Part shown: positions 16,194 to 25,513 of the stretch, one piece after another
How the letters are laid out: each line of letters opens with the position of its first letter
Position numbering within the stretch: the first letter of the stretch is position 1
Assembly: GCA_023255625.1 (NCBI GenBank)
Contig: JAHFLF010000001.1
Span: 504,074-568,073, forward strand
Length of the DNA stretch: 64,000 nucleotides
Source of the DNA: Candidatus Harrisonbacteria bacterium
GTDB lineage: Bacteria > Patescibacteriota > Minisyncoccia > UBA6257 > 1-14-0-10-44-23
Reading direction: 5' to 3'
Position numbers and translations under genes: made by a program
The notes under the pieces: model-generated
What the model was told of the DNA's origin: nothing
The model's input: the letters and a program-made list of their open reading frames with translations, nothing else
The model's database searches: none

Positions 16194-17792
16194 AGTGGGA
16201 TTTGCGAAGCCAAAAGCTTCGCTTTTCCTTTTCATTGCAGGGTTTGTAGAGGTTCGAGCGGAATCAGCTACTACTCCAACATAGTCATTGTTCTTGAATA
16301 TGCTTTGGAACGCGGGACGCAGCTCTATCCTCAATTTGCCTCTTTCAAGGAGGAGGTTCGAGCCAAGACAGCCCAGAATAGCTCTTCGGGTATCTGAATC
16401 ACCATTCAGAAACCAGAGGCGCGCATAGCGTGCGAAATTAAACGTTTTCTCGGTTAGCTCAATCCATTGCTCTAGTTGTTTTCCCTGGCCTTGTAAGTCA
16501 TTCTCGAGCGATTGCTTACGTTTTAGCAGCGTGCTCTTGAGTGCCTGGTACTCACCGTCAGAGATAAGCTGGCCATTTGTATTACTGCTTGATGTGTACT
16601 TTAGTAGTAATGATGCTAATTGCTCGGTTGCACCCTCCAGCTCCCTCTGCTTATTCTGAAAGGCGACTTGCTGTGTGATTGCTTCTCCCTGCCTAATCTC
16701 GTGCAAGTGTTTGATTGCCCAGGTTTTGAATCCTTCGGAAATAGTAACTCCTTGAAGCACAGAATCTATTTGACTATGCAACTTTTTAACCTCAATAGAT
16801 TTTTCTGTACAATCAGGGTTCTTTTTCTTTGTGCAATGATAGTAAATGTAATAGTGCACATTGCCATTTTTTTGATGTTTTATTTTTTCTTCTGCTGTAA
16901 TGCTAGAGCCGCAGCTCGCACAGCGCATTAAACCTGTGAAGGCAAATAGATGGCGTTTCGGGGCGGGCTTTCCTCGTTTCCCTAAGATTACTTGAACGTG
17001 TTGATATTCTTCTTCGGTAATCATTGGTTTGTGTTTCCCCTTAACCCAATTGCCGCTTCCGACAGGAAACTCAAAATATCCATAGTAGAAAGGATTGTTG
17101 AGAATCTTATAGATGGCACTGCGCGACATTGGGCTGCCGCCCAGTCGTTTACGTTGCACGGTTCGATAGCCCCATTCCTTGGTTGCAATTTTATGAATCC
17201 GTAATGGCGTATAGTTACCTGTAAGCATTAAGTCCCACATTCTGCGCACCAAATGAAACCTCTCTGGGTCTTCAACAAGTATTTTGTATCCTTTTTCCCT
17301 GTCTGGCGTATTTAAGTAGCCAGCAGGGGCAACGCCAGGTAGCCATCCGTCATTAACTTTCTTTCGTAAGCCTCTTTTTACATTGACGGATAGGTCTCGA
17401 ACAAATTGATTTGCCTGGCCGAACTCAACACCAATCAGAATACTGTTGTCTCCAGGGGTGTATTCCTTGCCATACGTTTGAATGCTTTGCAGTACGCTCC
17501 TTTGAAGCATCCAGCTAATTTGCCCACCATCTACGGGATTGCGCGCCAATCGGTCAAGCTTCCAGCACAATATGCCATTCGCTTCACCTTTATGGATACG
17601 TTGTAACATTTCAAGAAAGATTGGTCGGCCAGGCTCCTTAGCTGATTGAGATTCCGTAAATGTGCCGACAACATCCAATTTTGATTCGCTTGCAATCTTT
17701 TTGAGCTCATCAATCTGCGCATCAATTGATGCAACCTGCCTATCTTCCGTTTCACTCGACTTGCGAGCATAGATGAAGTACTTCATATTCAA
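16179..17792 (-). CDS. Large serine recombinase (phage-integrase type)
   Basis: N-terminal resolvase domain with catalytic Ser (YARKSS), a recombinase domain, a C-terminal Cys-rich zinc-ribbon/coiled-coil region; 3' end overlaps the tRNA 3' end. Confidence 0.85.
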   Translation of the reverse strand: MNMKYFIYARKSSETEDRQVASIDAQIDELKKIASESKLDVVGTFTESQSAKEPGRPIFLEMLQRIHKGEANGILCWKLDRLARNPVDGGQISWMLQRSVLQSIQTYGKEYTPGDNSILIGVEFGQANQFVRDLSVNVKRGLRKKVNDGWLPGVAPAGYLNTPDREKGYKILVEDPERFHLVRRMWDLMLTGNYTPLRIHKIATKEWGYRTVQRKRLGGSPMSRSAIYKILNNPFYYGYFEFPVGSGNWVKGKHKPMITEEEYQHVQVILGKRGKPAPKRHLFAFTGLMRCASCGSSITAEEKIKHQKNGNVHYYIYYHCTKKKNPDCTEKSIEVKKLHSQIDSVLQGVTISEGFKTWAIKHLHEIRQGEAITQQVAFQNKQRELEGATEQLASLLLKYTSSSNTNGQLISDGEYQALKSTLLKRKQSLENDLQGQGKQLEQWIELTEKTFNFARYARLWFLNGDSDTRRAILGCLGSNLLLERGKLRIELRPAFQSIFKNNDYVGVVADSARTSTNPAMKRKSEAFGFANPTWLRR

Positions 17793-18145
17793 CTTTTATG
17801 AAGACGAATGACAATGCCTAAGCTGACTACGCATAGGGCAGCTGCATAAAAAAATCGAAGCCAATCATGAGAGCTGAATGCGTTGATTCCTAGAATGATA
17901 GAAATAAGCGTAGCTCCTCCCAAAATGTGATTTAAATAACGTTCTTGTCTTTTGCTTCTTGACTGCGCTTTGACAAAAGATTTTGCTACTTCAAATAAAA
18001 CTTCCTCCTGCGAATAGTTAGGGTTATATTCTTTAACTAGCTCAACCTCATGCCGAGCATCAAAGTCGAGGCTAACCTTATCTACAAAGGCTTTACCTTG
18101 CTCTCGGACACTTTTCGCTTCTAGATTTTGATTGTGGGTAGTCAT
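17789..18145 (-). CDS. Hypothetical protein with C-terminal TM segment
   Basis: ORF translationally coupled to the recombinase (4-nt overlap). Confidence 0.4.
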   Translation of the reverse strand: MTTHNQNLEAKSVREQGKAFVDKVSLDFDARHEVELVKEYNPNYSQEEVLFEVAKSFVKAQSRSKRQERYLNHILGGATLISIILGINAFSSHDWLRFFYAAALCVVSLGIVIRLHKS

Positions 18146-18207
18146 AGTAGTAATTATTTATTAACTACAACTTTCCCAGAAATACAAAAAGGGACAGCCG
18201 TAGCCTG

Positions 18208-18334
18208 CGTCCCACAAGATTGAATGCACGAAGGCACCCAATTGCGGAGGTCGGCTGCCCCTTTCAGCCCGCAATTGGAGCCAAAAAAAGCAGAAACCCC
18301 CGTGCTTATATTCAATCTTGTAGGACGCAAATAA
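18208..18334. ncRNA. Candidate structured RNA of unknown family inside the integrative element
   Basis: Nested perfect stems: GTCCCACAAGATTGAAT/ATTCAATCTTGTAGGAC (17 bp, one G.U) enclosing CCAATTGCGG/CCGCAATTGG (10 bp), plus an upstream GGGAC..GTCCC hairpin. Confidence 0.3.
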
Positions 18335-18343
18335 AGCATAGCA

Positions 18344-19141
18344 CTACTGATTTGCTTTTTGAAGCAGGGTCTTAATAATCCCTTGCAGATAGGCGGGCTT
18401 ATTATCAATTGTTTTACGGCCTTGTACGTCTTCACGGTAAATGCCCCAAGCGCGTTCGATAATACTAATTCCTTGAGTTCGTAGTACGGACAGAAGAGGA
18501 TTCATAAATTGCTCTCCGACTTCTTGCGCTATTTGATAACACCTCGCTTCTTCCGTAGTCCGTGGTTCGTATTCCCTCACTAACGTTCCCTTAAAGGCCT
18601 CTTTGCCTAACGTAGATTTATTATCCTTGTGGGTATCCGTATCGTTATAGTGACTTCTGAATGACGGCGGAGCTGGATTGCCAGAAAATCCTTTAATCAC
18701 CTGAAGTTTTTTCTCCTGCAACTTCTGAATAGCACCCTCTGACTTCTGAGTAACCTCTGTTTCGGTAACTGTCTTGCTACGGCCTGGGGTAATCGCAGAA
18801 TCGTTGGTGAAGTAAGCGTCAAGATGCTTAATTTGCCCATTAGGAAGCAACCAGTCGTCGAAGTGAACATCGAAGGAGCCTCTGCGTCCCTGGCGAGATA
18901 GGTAGTGTACGTAGCGCTTCTTTTTCAGTGAGAGGAGCAAGTAATTTATGTGATTAGCCTCTACGTTTTCGTAAATGTCATCTCGAATTGCGATTAATGA
19001 CGTTGTTACTTTTCCATAGGGGTCTGCGTTATCTCGCAACCACTGATAAACTCTCCACTCACTACTCGTCATTTTTCCGCTACGAACATCGGAAGTGATG
19101 TAGCGCGGCGTAGTGGTATACGGCTTCGGCTTTTCTTTCAT
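18344..19141 (-). CDS. Hypothetical protein, basic, possible winged-helix DNA-binding N-terminus (replication/regulatory protein of the element)
   Basis: 265-aa ORF; no confident family assignment. Confidence 0.4.
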   Translation of the reverse strand: MKEKPKPYTTTPRYITSDVRSGKMTSSEWRVYQWLRDNADPYGKVTTSLIAIRDDIYENVEANHINYLLLSLKKKRYVHYLSRQGRRGSFDVHFDDWLLPNGQIKHLDAYFTNDSAITPGRSKTVTETEVTQKSEGAIQKLQEKKLQVIKGFSGNPAPPSFRSHYNDTDTHKDNKSTLGKEAFKGTLVREYEPRTTEEARCYQIAQEVGEQFMNPLLSVLRTQGISIIERAWGIYREDVQGRKTIDNKPAYLQGIIKTLLQKANQ

Positions 19142-19320
19142 AACTTTGGAATATCATTAGTTGGTTCGTCGAGCCACGCTTTTTTAAGTGGGCGATAAAT
19201 TACATCGAGCGACGTAAGCAGGCTTACTGCCTGCTCCATAGCAAACTCATCGGAGATTATCTCTCCGCGTTCTTCTTCCCATATTCGTTTGAACTCACGT
19301 AACGCTTTTTCGCTCAACAT
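19138..19320 (-). CDS. Small hypothetical protein
   Basis: 60-aa ORF coupled to the downstream gene. Confidence 0.3.
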   Translation of the reverse strand: MLSEKALREFKRIWEEERGEIISDEFAMEQAVSLLTSLDVIYRPLKKAWLDEPTNDIPKL

Positions 19321-19741
19321 AAAAGCCTGCTTGTGGCTTGGCGGGTTTCCGTTGGCGCGGCGACCCGCAAAGCCATAAACAGGCTATGCGTAATTTTTGC
19401 CAACGAAATTATCGCCGAGAATTGTAATTCTCATAGTTGAGTACGCAGTAATACAAAAGGCTACCACCGCATCACACACAACTGTGAGATGAAATGGTAG
19501 CCTCTCAATGATTCCTACCCAGCGGGCTCCCAAACCCGATACGCGCGCTCCCTCTTGCGAGAGCGTAGGCTCGAAGATGTTTTACGTGCCATCGACGAGC
19601 GGGGATTTATTAAGTTTTACTAACAAGATAACTGTAGCGCATCGAAAAGACCACGGCAATGCAAAGGCAGTTAGCATCTGTTATCTATAGTTATTAAATG
19701 TATACTATTGCTAGAGCTACTTATCCACAGTTTCAACGAAT

Positions 19742-22700
19742 ATGCACGGATTACATCAGGGATACTCATATCAAGACCTTCTTGCGGCTTTTCTTATCTC
19801 AGAAAATTTACATCGAAAGGATTTTAAAATTGCCGTTGAGCTTAAAGAGTGCGCAGGAGATGTATTTGATGACATAGTTTTCATCGCAGATAGTAGAAAA
19901 ACTAAAGTTCAAGTTAAGCACTCTGCTTCAAATACAGCATTAAATAAAAATAGTTTTCAAAACACTTCTAGCGACTTGAATCTTGATGGACTAGCTAAGC
20001 CTTTCAAGGCAAAAATTGAAGCTGATTATATTATTGCAACCAATCGTAAGGTAACCCCAGACCCTTTTTTTAAGGAAATAAAAGCCCCCAAAGTCTTTCG
20101 ATTAAAGTATAAATCTTTTTTAATTACTAACTCAGCTCAGAATAAGAAGTTCTTGGAAAAACTTGTTGTTGAATCGTCTTTACCCGACGCCTCATTTGAT
20201 TTAAATAAGCCAGGAAATTTAGAAAAGGAATTGCTAGGTTCTCTGCGCTCGCATGTAGGTATTGGATATTATCCCAACAATCAAGTGTCCGAACGCGATG
20301 TGGCTGGTCGCCTTATTCTACTAGCTTCCCAACTAAGGGGTGCTAAGGAGCATAATTTTGTAACTAGAGAAGAAATTTTTAAACATATAAATTTAAATGT
20401 TGAGTTCGGTCATATCGCCCAAGATTTTCCATTTATATCAACGGAGTATCGCCTCTATAGAAGTGAGATTACAGAAAAGCTCAGGAGACTGCTCTTAAAA
20501 GATACTTATGTTGTTCTTGAAGGGCCTCCAGGTAGTGGCAAGTCTCATATATTTGACGACCTACATTCGAAAATTTTTTCAGAGAAGATTATCGCCGTAC
20601 GACATTTTTGCTATTTGGAACCGACAGACAAGTTTGCCCAAGAACGGATAGTAGCAGAAACTTTGTATGGAAATTTTCTCCATCAGCTTGAACGTGCTGA
20701 GCCAAAGATTTCTGAAGAACTTCGGCCATATTTTGCTGCTACAAAAGTAAATCTTGAGAAATTCCTTGAAAAATTATGTGCTTCAGGAAAACGATTAGTG
20801 CTAATGGTAGACGGCCTAGACCATCTCAACCGAGTAGTTGCCCAGAATAAGTTGCCGCCAAGCCTGGTCCACGATTTCGTCGCCGAATTACTTGATTTGA
20901 AATTGCCGAAAGGATGTTCTCTTTTTATTGCCTCACAACCTGGAAACGAAATAAAAGAGATTATTGAAGAAAAAGGTGTAAAAGTTGTAGAACTGCCACC
21001 TTGGAATGAGAAGATGGTTGCTGAGTTTATAAAAAAACATAATGAACGCTCGGCTGGAACAAGACAAATTCCGATGAGTGATGAGATTATAGATACTTTT
21101 ACTCAGAAAACTGAAGGAAACCCGCTATATCTTACATACGTGTTGAAAGAGATACTGGGGTCTGGAAACGAAAATGATATTATTGCTTTCCTCAAGACAC
21201 TACCTCAACTTAGTAGCGACTTAAATAATTATTATAAATATCTTACGCACGACAGTGATATAAACGATTTTGCAGTGATTCAGACATTTGCTCTACTTGA
21301 TTTCAGCGTCTCTGCTGATGAGCTGAAGGAAATGTTTCCACCTATTCAAAAACGAGCTTTACAGCAAACAATTGCGAAGATACAGCCAATTCTAAAACCA
21401 GGACTTGTTCAGGGTGGTTTGCGTATTTATCACGAAAGTTTTAGAAGATTTATTATCGAGCAGAGCCATAAAAATAAACAGAAAGACAGTGAGCTCTATA
21501 GACACATCACGCAGTGGTTAAGCAGGAATGGATTTTATGCGTCTCAGAGAGCATATAGATATTTGATTCCGTACCTTATTCGTTCTGATGAATACCAACA
21601 AGCATATGAACTGCTAGCAGCAAATTTTGTTGCCCAAAGTCTATATTTTTTCCATTCTCCAGAAAGTATTAAAAATAATTTAAACAGAATTGCTGAATTA
21701 TCTGCCAGAGGTGGGCGTTGGGATATCTACTGTAAGTGCGTAGAGCTCCATCGCGCACTCCATACATACACCTGGGAACGTCAAGAATCAATTGACGATA
21801 TATACCACCAAGCAGTCTTGGATGTTCTTGGTACAGAAATCTTTTGCGAAAGAATGGTATTCGACGGCAAGGCAGTTTTTTCGAAGACTAATGGCATCCT
21901 GCTGTGCCAAATGGCGCAGCATAAGGGGGGAAATCCGCCCTGGGACCACTACAGTGTCGCTGGCGTTTCAATGAACGTTAGAGATGACTCACAAATTCGT
22001 TATTTTCAAGAGGTTGAAAGTGCGCATTATTTGAATCTTTGCCGCAATTCATCTCTGAAGGGCGCGCTAAATACTTTGCAGATGATGATAATTAGAAACA
22101 AATATAAAGGTACAGAAATGCGCCAGATAAGGCTGCTTCTGCGCGAATTTGATTACCTATTCGGTGTTGCGAAACGTAGTAAAGAATTGACAGCTTTTTC
22201 CGTGGCAATGGTTAAGAAAGTGCCTTTGTATATTGTAGTTGCGGAGTATTTGTACAAAGAAGGAATGAAAAAAGAAGCCGCAATGTTAGCCACCTTTGCT
22301 GGTCAACAAACCAAGAATAAAAGTTATATTACTCAGGCATTGCTTTGCGGCGGGAAGCCCGCAAGTTCAACTCGCTTGCCAGATTTTAAAAAATTAACGA
22401 AACAAGTTTTTGAATTTGAGAACCTTTATGATAAAGAGCGTCCCATATTTAGTGAATGGTACAAAACCCTTCTAATACAAGCCCGTATCAATCCTGGGGT
22501 AGTACAGGATGCAAAAAAGCTAGTTGTAAGAATTGATGGTTGGTATAGAGCTTGGATAAAGTTCTTGTTTGAATTGTCTCTGCTGGAAGCTTCAGATATA
22601 AAAAATTCTGGTAAAGCAAAATGGTTGCAAGACGCCTTGTCTGACTTGAATAAATATACACATCCATTCAAAGGTAAGCCACGAGCAATGGACTTATACG

Positions 22701-24388
22701 GGATTCGAGAAGATAGTACCGATTCTTTCCGAAGAACTCTTAATCTTGCAGCCAAATTAAACAATTACCAATCAGTAATATCACTATTGGGTGAGATTAG
22801 TCGTCGCACAACTTCATATCTGCAGGGCTCAAGCTCTGGCCCATTGGAGGGGGAAACATTAAATTCTTTACTAAAAGATACTTATTCGGATTTGAACATT
22901 ACGAACCGAAAAGTGGTTTTAAAGTTGCTTAGACAGAACGTGTTAGAACGCGCAGGTACATCACAATACTATGACTCATCTGCTTTTGAGTATTTAAAGT
23001 TAGGAAGTGTTCTCGCTCTGGCGGGAAATAATACTGAAGCAAAAAAGCGTTTTTTCGAGGGTTGTGTACACGTTGCAGCGTATGGTCATCGTAAGGACGT
23101 TACAATTTACGAGATTATTGACCCCGTTCCTTTTATCGCCGAGAAGGACATTCCTTTTGCGCAACAAGCATTAAAGAAACTTTATCCATTAGTAGAGACA
23201 GTATGGAGATACACCGACGGTAAATCAACTCAATACAGTCTTACTTACTGGCTTGAAGCGCTTGTTGACTCCGACTCTGTGGTTGCAGCTCAAGCAATTA
23301 CTGAACTTGTTACGAAAGACCCCAAACGAGATTGGAGAGTAGAAAGAGGAACAAATTATTTCTGTGATAAATTACTCGGAACAAGCCTTCCAAGAGAGCT
23401 GATTGCAGAATTATACGAAACAATCAACCAGATGAGGGATGTAGATTATGATGTTACTGTAGGACTGAAGATAGTAGAGTCCCTTCTTGCAGATGGGAAA
23501 AAGGAATATGCTGAAAAGCTGTTTGGTAGTATGAGTCATAATCTATACTACGCTTTAATTTTTGATGGCTATTTTAGGGAGCGTGATAACTTTCCCAAGA
23601 TGATTGCCTTTGCTAAGAAGTTCAATCTGATTATTCCAGAAGATGAACGAATGCGATTCGAGGCTGAGATAGAAAAGAAACCTATGGAGTTGCCTGGCGG
23701 TGTTCCTACCGAAAGTAAACCAATACCCAAATTCAAACTTAAAGGTATATCTCTAGAGAAACTACGTAGGTTGATGGACGAAAATCCTTCAAGTTACTTC
23801 TTTGAAACTACCAACAGGAAAGAGTTTGCTGAAGCGTTATTTAATCTTGATAAACAACATCCAGGGAAAGTACAGGAATTAATTCTTTCAGCATTTCGAA
23901 ATGGATATTTCAGAGATGCAGACATCGAGAATCTAATTAAATTGCAAGAATTTTTTATTAAGAAAAAGAAACCTGAAATTGTCGCCTTCATAGGAGTGCT
24001 TTGTTTTGTGTATGCGCGCGGTGGAAATGGCTGGCACTCTCTCGCTGATAGTAAATACAACCACTTGCTCAAAGATGCATTTAGGCTTTCTAGGGCTACT
24101 GCGGAGGATGTTCTAGCGGTTGAGATGTCATATGTGTTCACAAAGCAAGGATACTATACTGGCCCAACGCGACATTTTATTGAGTTCTTTGCATTGAATT
24201 CTGGCGTAAAAATGGCTGAGCTAATATGGAGAGAAGCATTTGATGTAATCAAGTTTCGGTTGCCCACGCCCAAAGAGCTTGATGAAATCTTAAACGCAGA
24301 AACTCCGACTTTTAACTACAATTCATCGAAATCTCTTAATGCCTCGCTCAAAAAATTGATTATTGCTCGTAAGGCAATAACGGGTTAG
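19742..24388 (+). CDS. STAND-class P-loop NTPase, 1548 aa: putative nuclease-like effector N-domain, NTPase, long helical-repeat C-terminal region (antiviral Avs-like architecture)
   Basis: Walker A LEGPPGSGKSH (about 20521..20547) and Walker B LVLMVDGLDHL. About 230-aa N-terminal domain with a D...(Q/E)xK-like signature (FDDIVFIADSRKTKVQVKHS). About 1000 aa of C-terminal alpha-helical repeats. Very AT-rich (about 37% GC) compared with the flanks. Confidence 0.65.
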   Translation: MHGLHQGYSYQDLLAAFLISENLHRKDFKIAVELKECAGDVFDDIVFIADSRKTKVQVKHSASNTALNKNSFQNTSSDLNLDGLAKPFKAKIEADYIIATNRKVTPDPFFKEIKAPKVFRLKYKSFLITNSAQNKKFLEKLVVESSLPDASFDLNKPGNLEKELLGSLRSHVGIGYYPNNQVSERDVAGRLILLASQLRGAKEHNFVTREEIFKHINLNVEFGHIAQDFPFISTEYRLYRSEITEKLRRLLLKDTYVVLEGPPGSGKSHIFDDLHSKIFSEKIIAVRHFCYLEPTDKFAQERIVAETLYGNFLHQLERAEPKISEELRPYFAATKVNLEKFLEKLCASGKRLVLMVDGLDHLNRVVAQNKLPPSLVHDFVAELLDLKLPKGCSLFIASQPGNEIKEIIEEKGVKVVELPPWNEKMVAEFIKKHNERSAGTRQIPMSDEIIDTFTQKTEGNPLYLTYVLKEILGSGNENDIIAFLKTLPQLSSDLNNYYKYLTHDSDINDFAVIQTFALLDFSVSADELKEMFPPIQKRALQQTIAKIQPILKPGLVQGGLRIYHESFRRFIIEQSHKNKQKDSELYRHITQWLSRNGFYASQRAYRYLIPYLIRSDEYQQAYELLAANFVAQSLYFFHSPESIKNNLNRIAELSARGGRWDIYCKCVELHRALHTYTWERQESIDDIYHQAVLDVLGTEIFCERMVFDGKAVFSKTNGILLCQMAQHKGGNPPWDHYSVAGVSMNVRDDSQIRYFQEVESAHYLNLCRNSSLKGALNTLQMMIIRNKYKGTEMRQIRLLLREFDYLFGVAKRSKELTAFSVAMVKKVPLYIVVAEYLYKEGMKKEAAMLATFAGQQTKNKSYITQALLCGGKPASSTRLPDFKKLTKQVFEFENLYDKERPIFSEWYKTLLIQARINPGVVQDAKKLVVRIDGWYRAWIKFLFELSLLEASDIKNSGKAKWLQDALSDLNKYTHPFKGKPRAMDLYGIREDSTDSFRRTLNLAAKLNNYQSVISLLGEISRRTTSYLQGSSSGPLEGETLNSLLKDTYSDLNITNRKVVLKLLRQNVLERAGTSQYYDSSAFEYLKLGSVLALAGNNTEAKKRFFEGCVHVAAYGHRKDVTIYEIIDPVPFIAEKDIPFAQQALKKLYPLVETVWRYTDGKSTQYSLTYWLEALVDSDSVVAAQAITELVTKDPKRDWRVERGTNYFCDKLLGTSLPRELIAELYETINQMRDVDYDVTVGLKIVESLLADGKKEYAEKLFGSMSHNLYYALIFDGYFRERDNFPKMIAFAKKFNLIIPEDERMRFEAEIEKKPMELPGGVPTESKPIPKFKLKGISLEKLRRLMDENPSSYFFETTNRKEFAEALFNLDKQHPGKVQELILSAFRNGYFRDADIENLIKLQEFFIKKKKPEIVAFIGVLCFVYARGGNGWHSLADSKYNHLLKDAFRLSRATAEDVLAVEMSYVFTKQGYYTGPTRHFIEFFALNSGVKMAELIWREAFDVIKFRLPTPKELDEILNAETPTFNYNSSKSLNASLKKLIIARKAITG

Positions 24389-24727
24389 TTTTTCGTAAAA
24401 ATATCTCAACTTGAAGAGCCTGTCCCCGCCAAAAGCGCCAAGTTAAAAAGGGAAACTACCACCACCCGAAAATCGGAAAAAGGACAGACTATAGCTTTCT
24501 ATTGATAACTAGGGATAACTACTGCTAACATCGGATAGCTCTGGTTATGAATTGTTAGCTCATCAGTACGGGCCTGAAGAGATATGTATAGTCAGCACCT
24601 GTACGGATACGATTATATCTATATCAGTACTAATTGATTACAGCTACGTCTACTGATAGTCTTGGTATGAAGAAGTATTCGGGGTTGTTCTGGTAATAGG
24701 TTCTAACCTCGTCTACGACTCGGAGCC

Positions 24728-25429
24728 ATGGATGTACATTTTGATATTCACAAAATTTTTGATGTAATACTAAAAATAGGTTCAGTCGCAGGTTTACTAT
24801 CTTTGGTATTTAGCCTTAGAGATCAAATTAAAAAGCGTTCAAAATTTAAGTTTGATTTTCGTGGTTCTAGCGGGAAAATAGATACCAGGGACAATTTGGA
24901 TTTTTACGATATCGCATTTGATGGCTATGTAAAAAATCAAAGTAACGAGCAAAATTCAATAACTGAGATTTATTATCAGATTTGGGGTAATAAAGGCAGG
25001 ACAAAAACCTTAGCTAGCGGGATGGGCGCAGAAATTTTTGACGCTAGCGATAAGTCTAAAAAGATTTCCTTACCAATCCTTTTTGAAGCAAAAGAAGGAA
25101 AACATTTAATTATTCGATTTAGCGTTTGCCTTACCGGTACACATGTCAATGAATTAGTCCGGGCGCTCAAGCCAGTGCAGACCGGTTCTCCATTTATGCT
25201 TCCCAAGCATGAATTCTCTTTGTCATTCAAGGACGTGGATGAGGTTTTGTTCGATGATAAAGGTAAAATTAGAAGTCAAAGATTAATAGATCTTTGGTGG
25301 ACACTGCCAAACACTTTCAGCGCTTTAAAGGTTGGTAATCCATTGCCATATCTCTGGCATATGTTTAAAATATTTTTTGTATACTTTTTTTATAAGATAT
25401 TTTCAGTCATTCAACGAATTGGATTTTAA
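24728..25429 (+). CDS. Hypothetical membrane-anchored protein (AT-rich island cargo)
   Basis: 233-aa ORF with an N-terminal TM; same low GC as the STAND gene. Confidence 0.4.
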   Translation: MDVHFDIHKIFDVILKIGSVAGLLSLVFSLRDQIKKRSKFKFDFRGSSGKIDTRDNLDFYDIAFDGYVKNQSNEQNSITEIYYQIWGNKGRTKTLASGMGAEIFDASDKSKKISLPILFEAKEGKHLIIRFSVCLTGTHVNELVRALKPVQTGSPFMLPKHEFSLSFKDVDEVLFDDKGKIRSQRLIDLWWTLPNTFSALKVGNPLPYLWHMFKIFFVYFFYKIFSVIQRIGF

Positions 25430-25513
25430 ATAAGGGAGTACCAATTTTAGCTAGCATTAACCCGGGTTAATTTTGTACCTGCGGTGGGGGTGGAATTTTG
25501 CTATACTTGCGGT

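Larger units (their letters stand above)
16179..19532. mobile_element. Putative small integrative element adjacent to tRNA-Asn (recombinase plus three small genes)
   Basis: Serine recombinase abutting the tRNA 3' end and all genes on the minus strand. A degenerate tRNA-3'-like sequence GATTCCTACCCAGCGGGCTCCCA at about 19509..19532 may be an attR remnant. The element is AT-richer than the backbone. Confidence 0.35.

Noticed and set aside
18154-18435. 93-aa minus-strand ORF across the structured intergenic region
   Set aside because: It overlaps the neighbouring gene's 5' end and lacks an RBS. The region is better explained by nested RNA stems.
19742-24388. Nested small ORFs inside the STAND gene (21792..21974, 22426..22764, 23794..24141)
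   Set aside because: They are contained in a continuous 1548-aa frame with clear NTPase motifs, and in AT-rich DNA random antisense ORFs are short.
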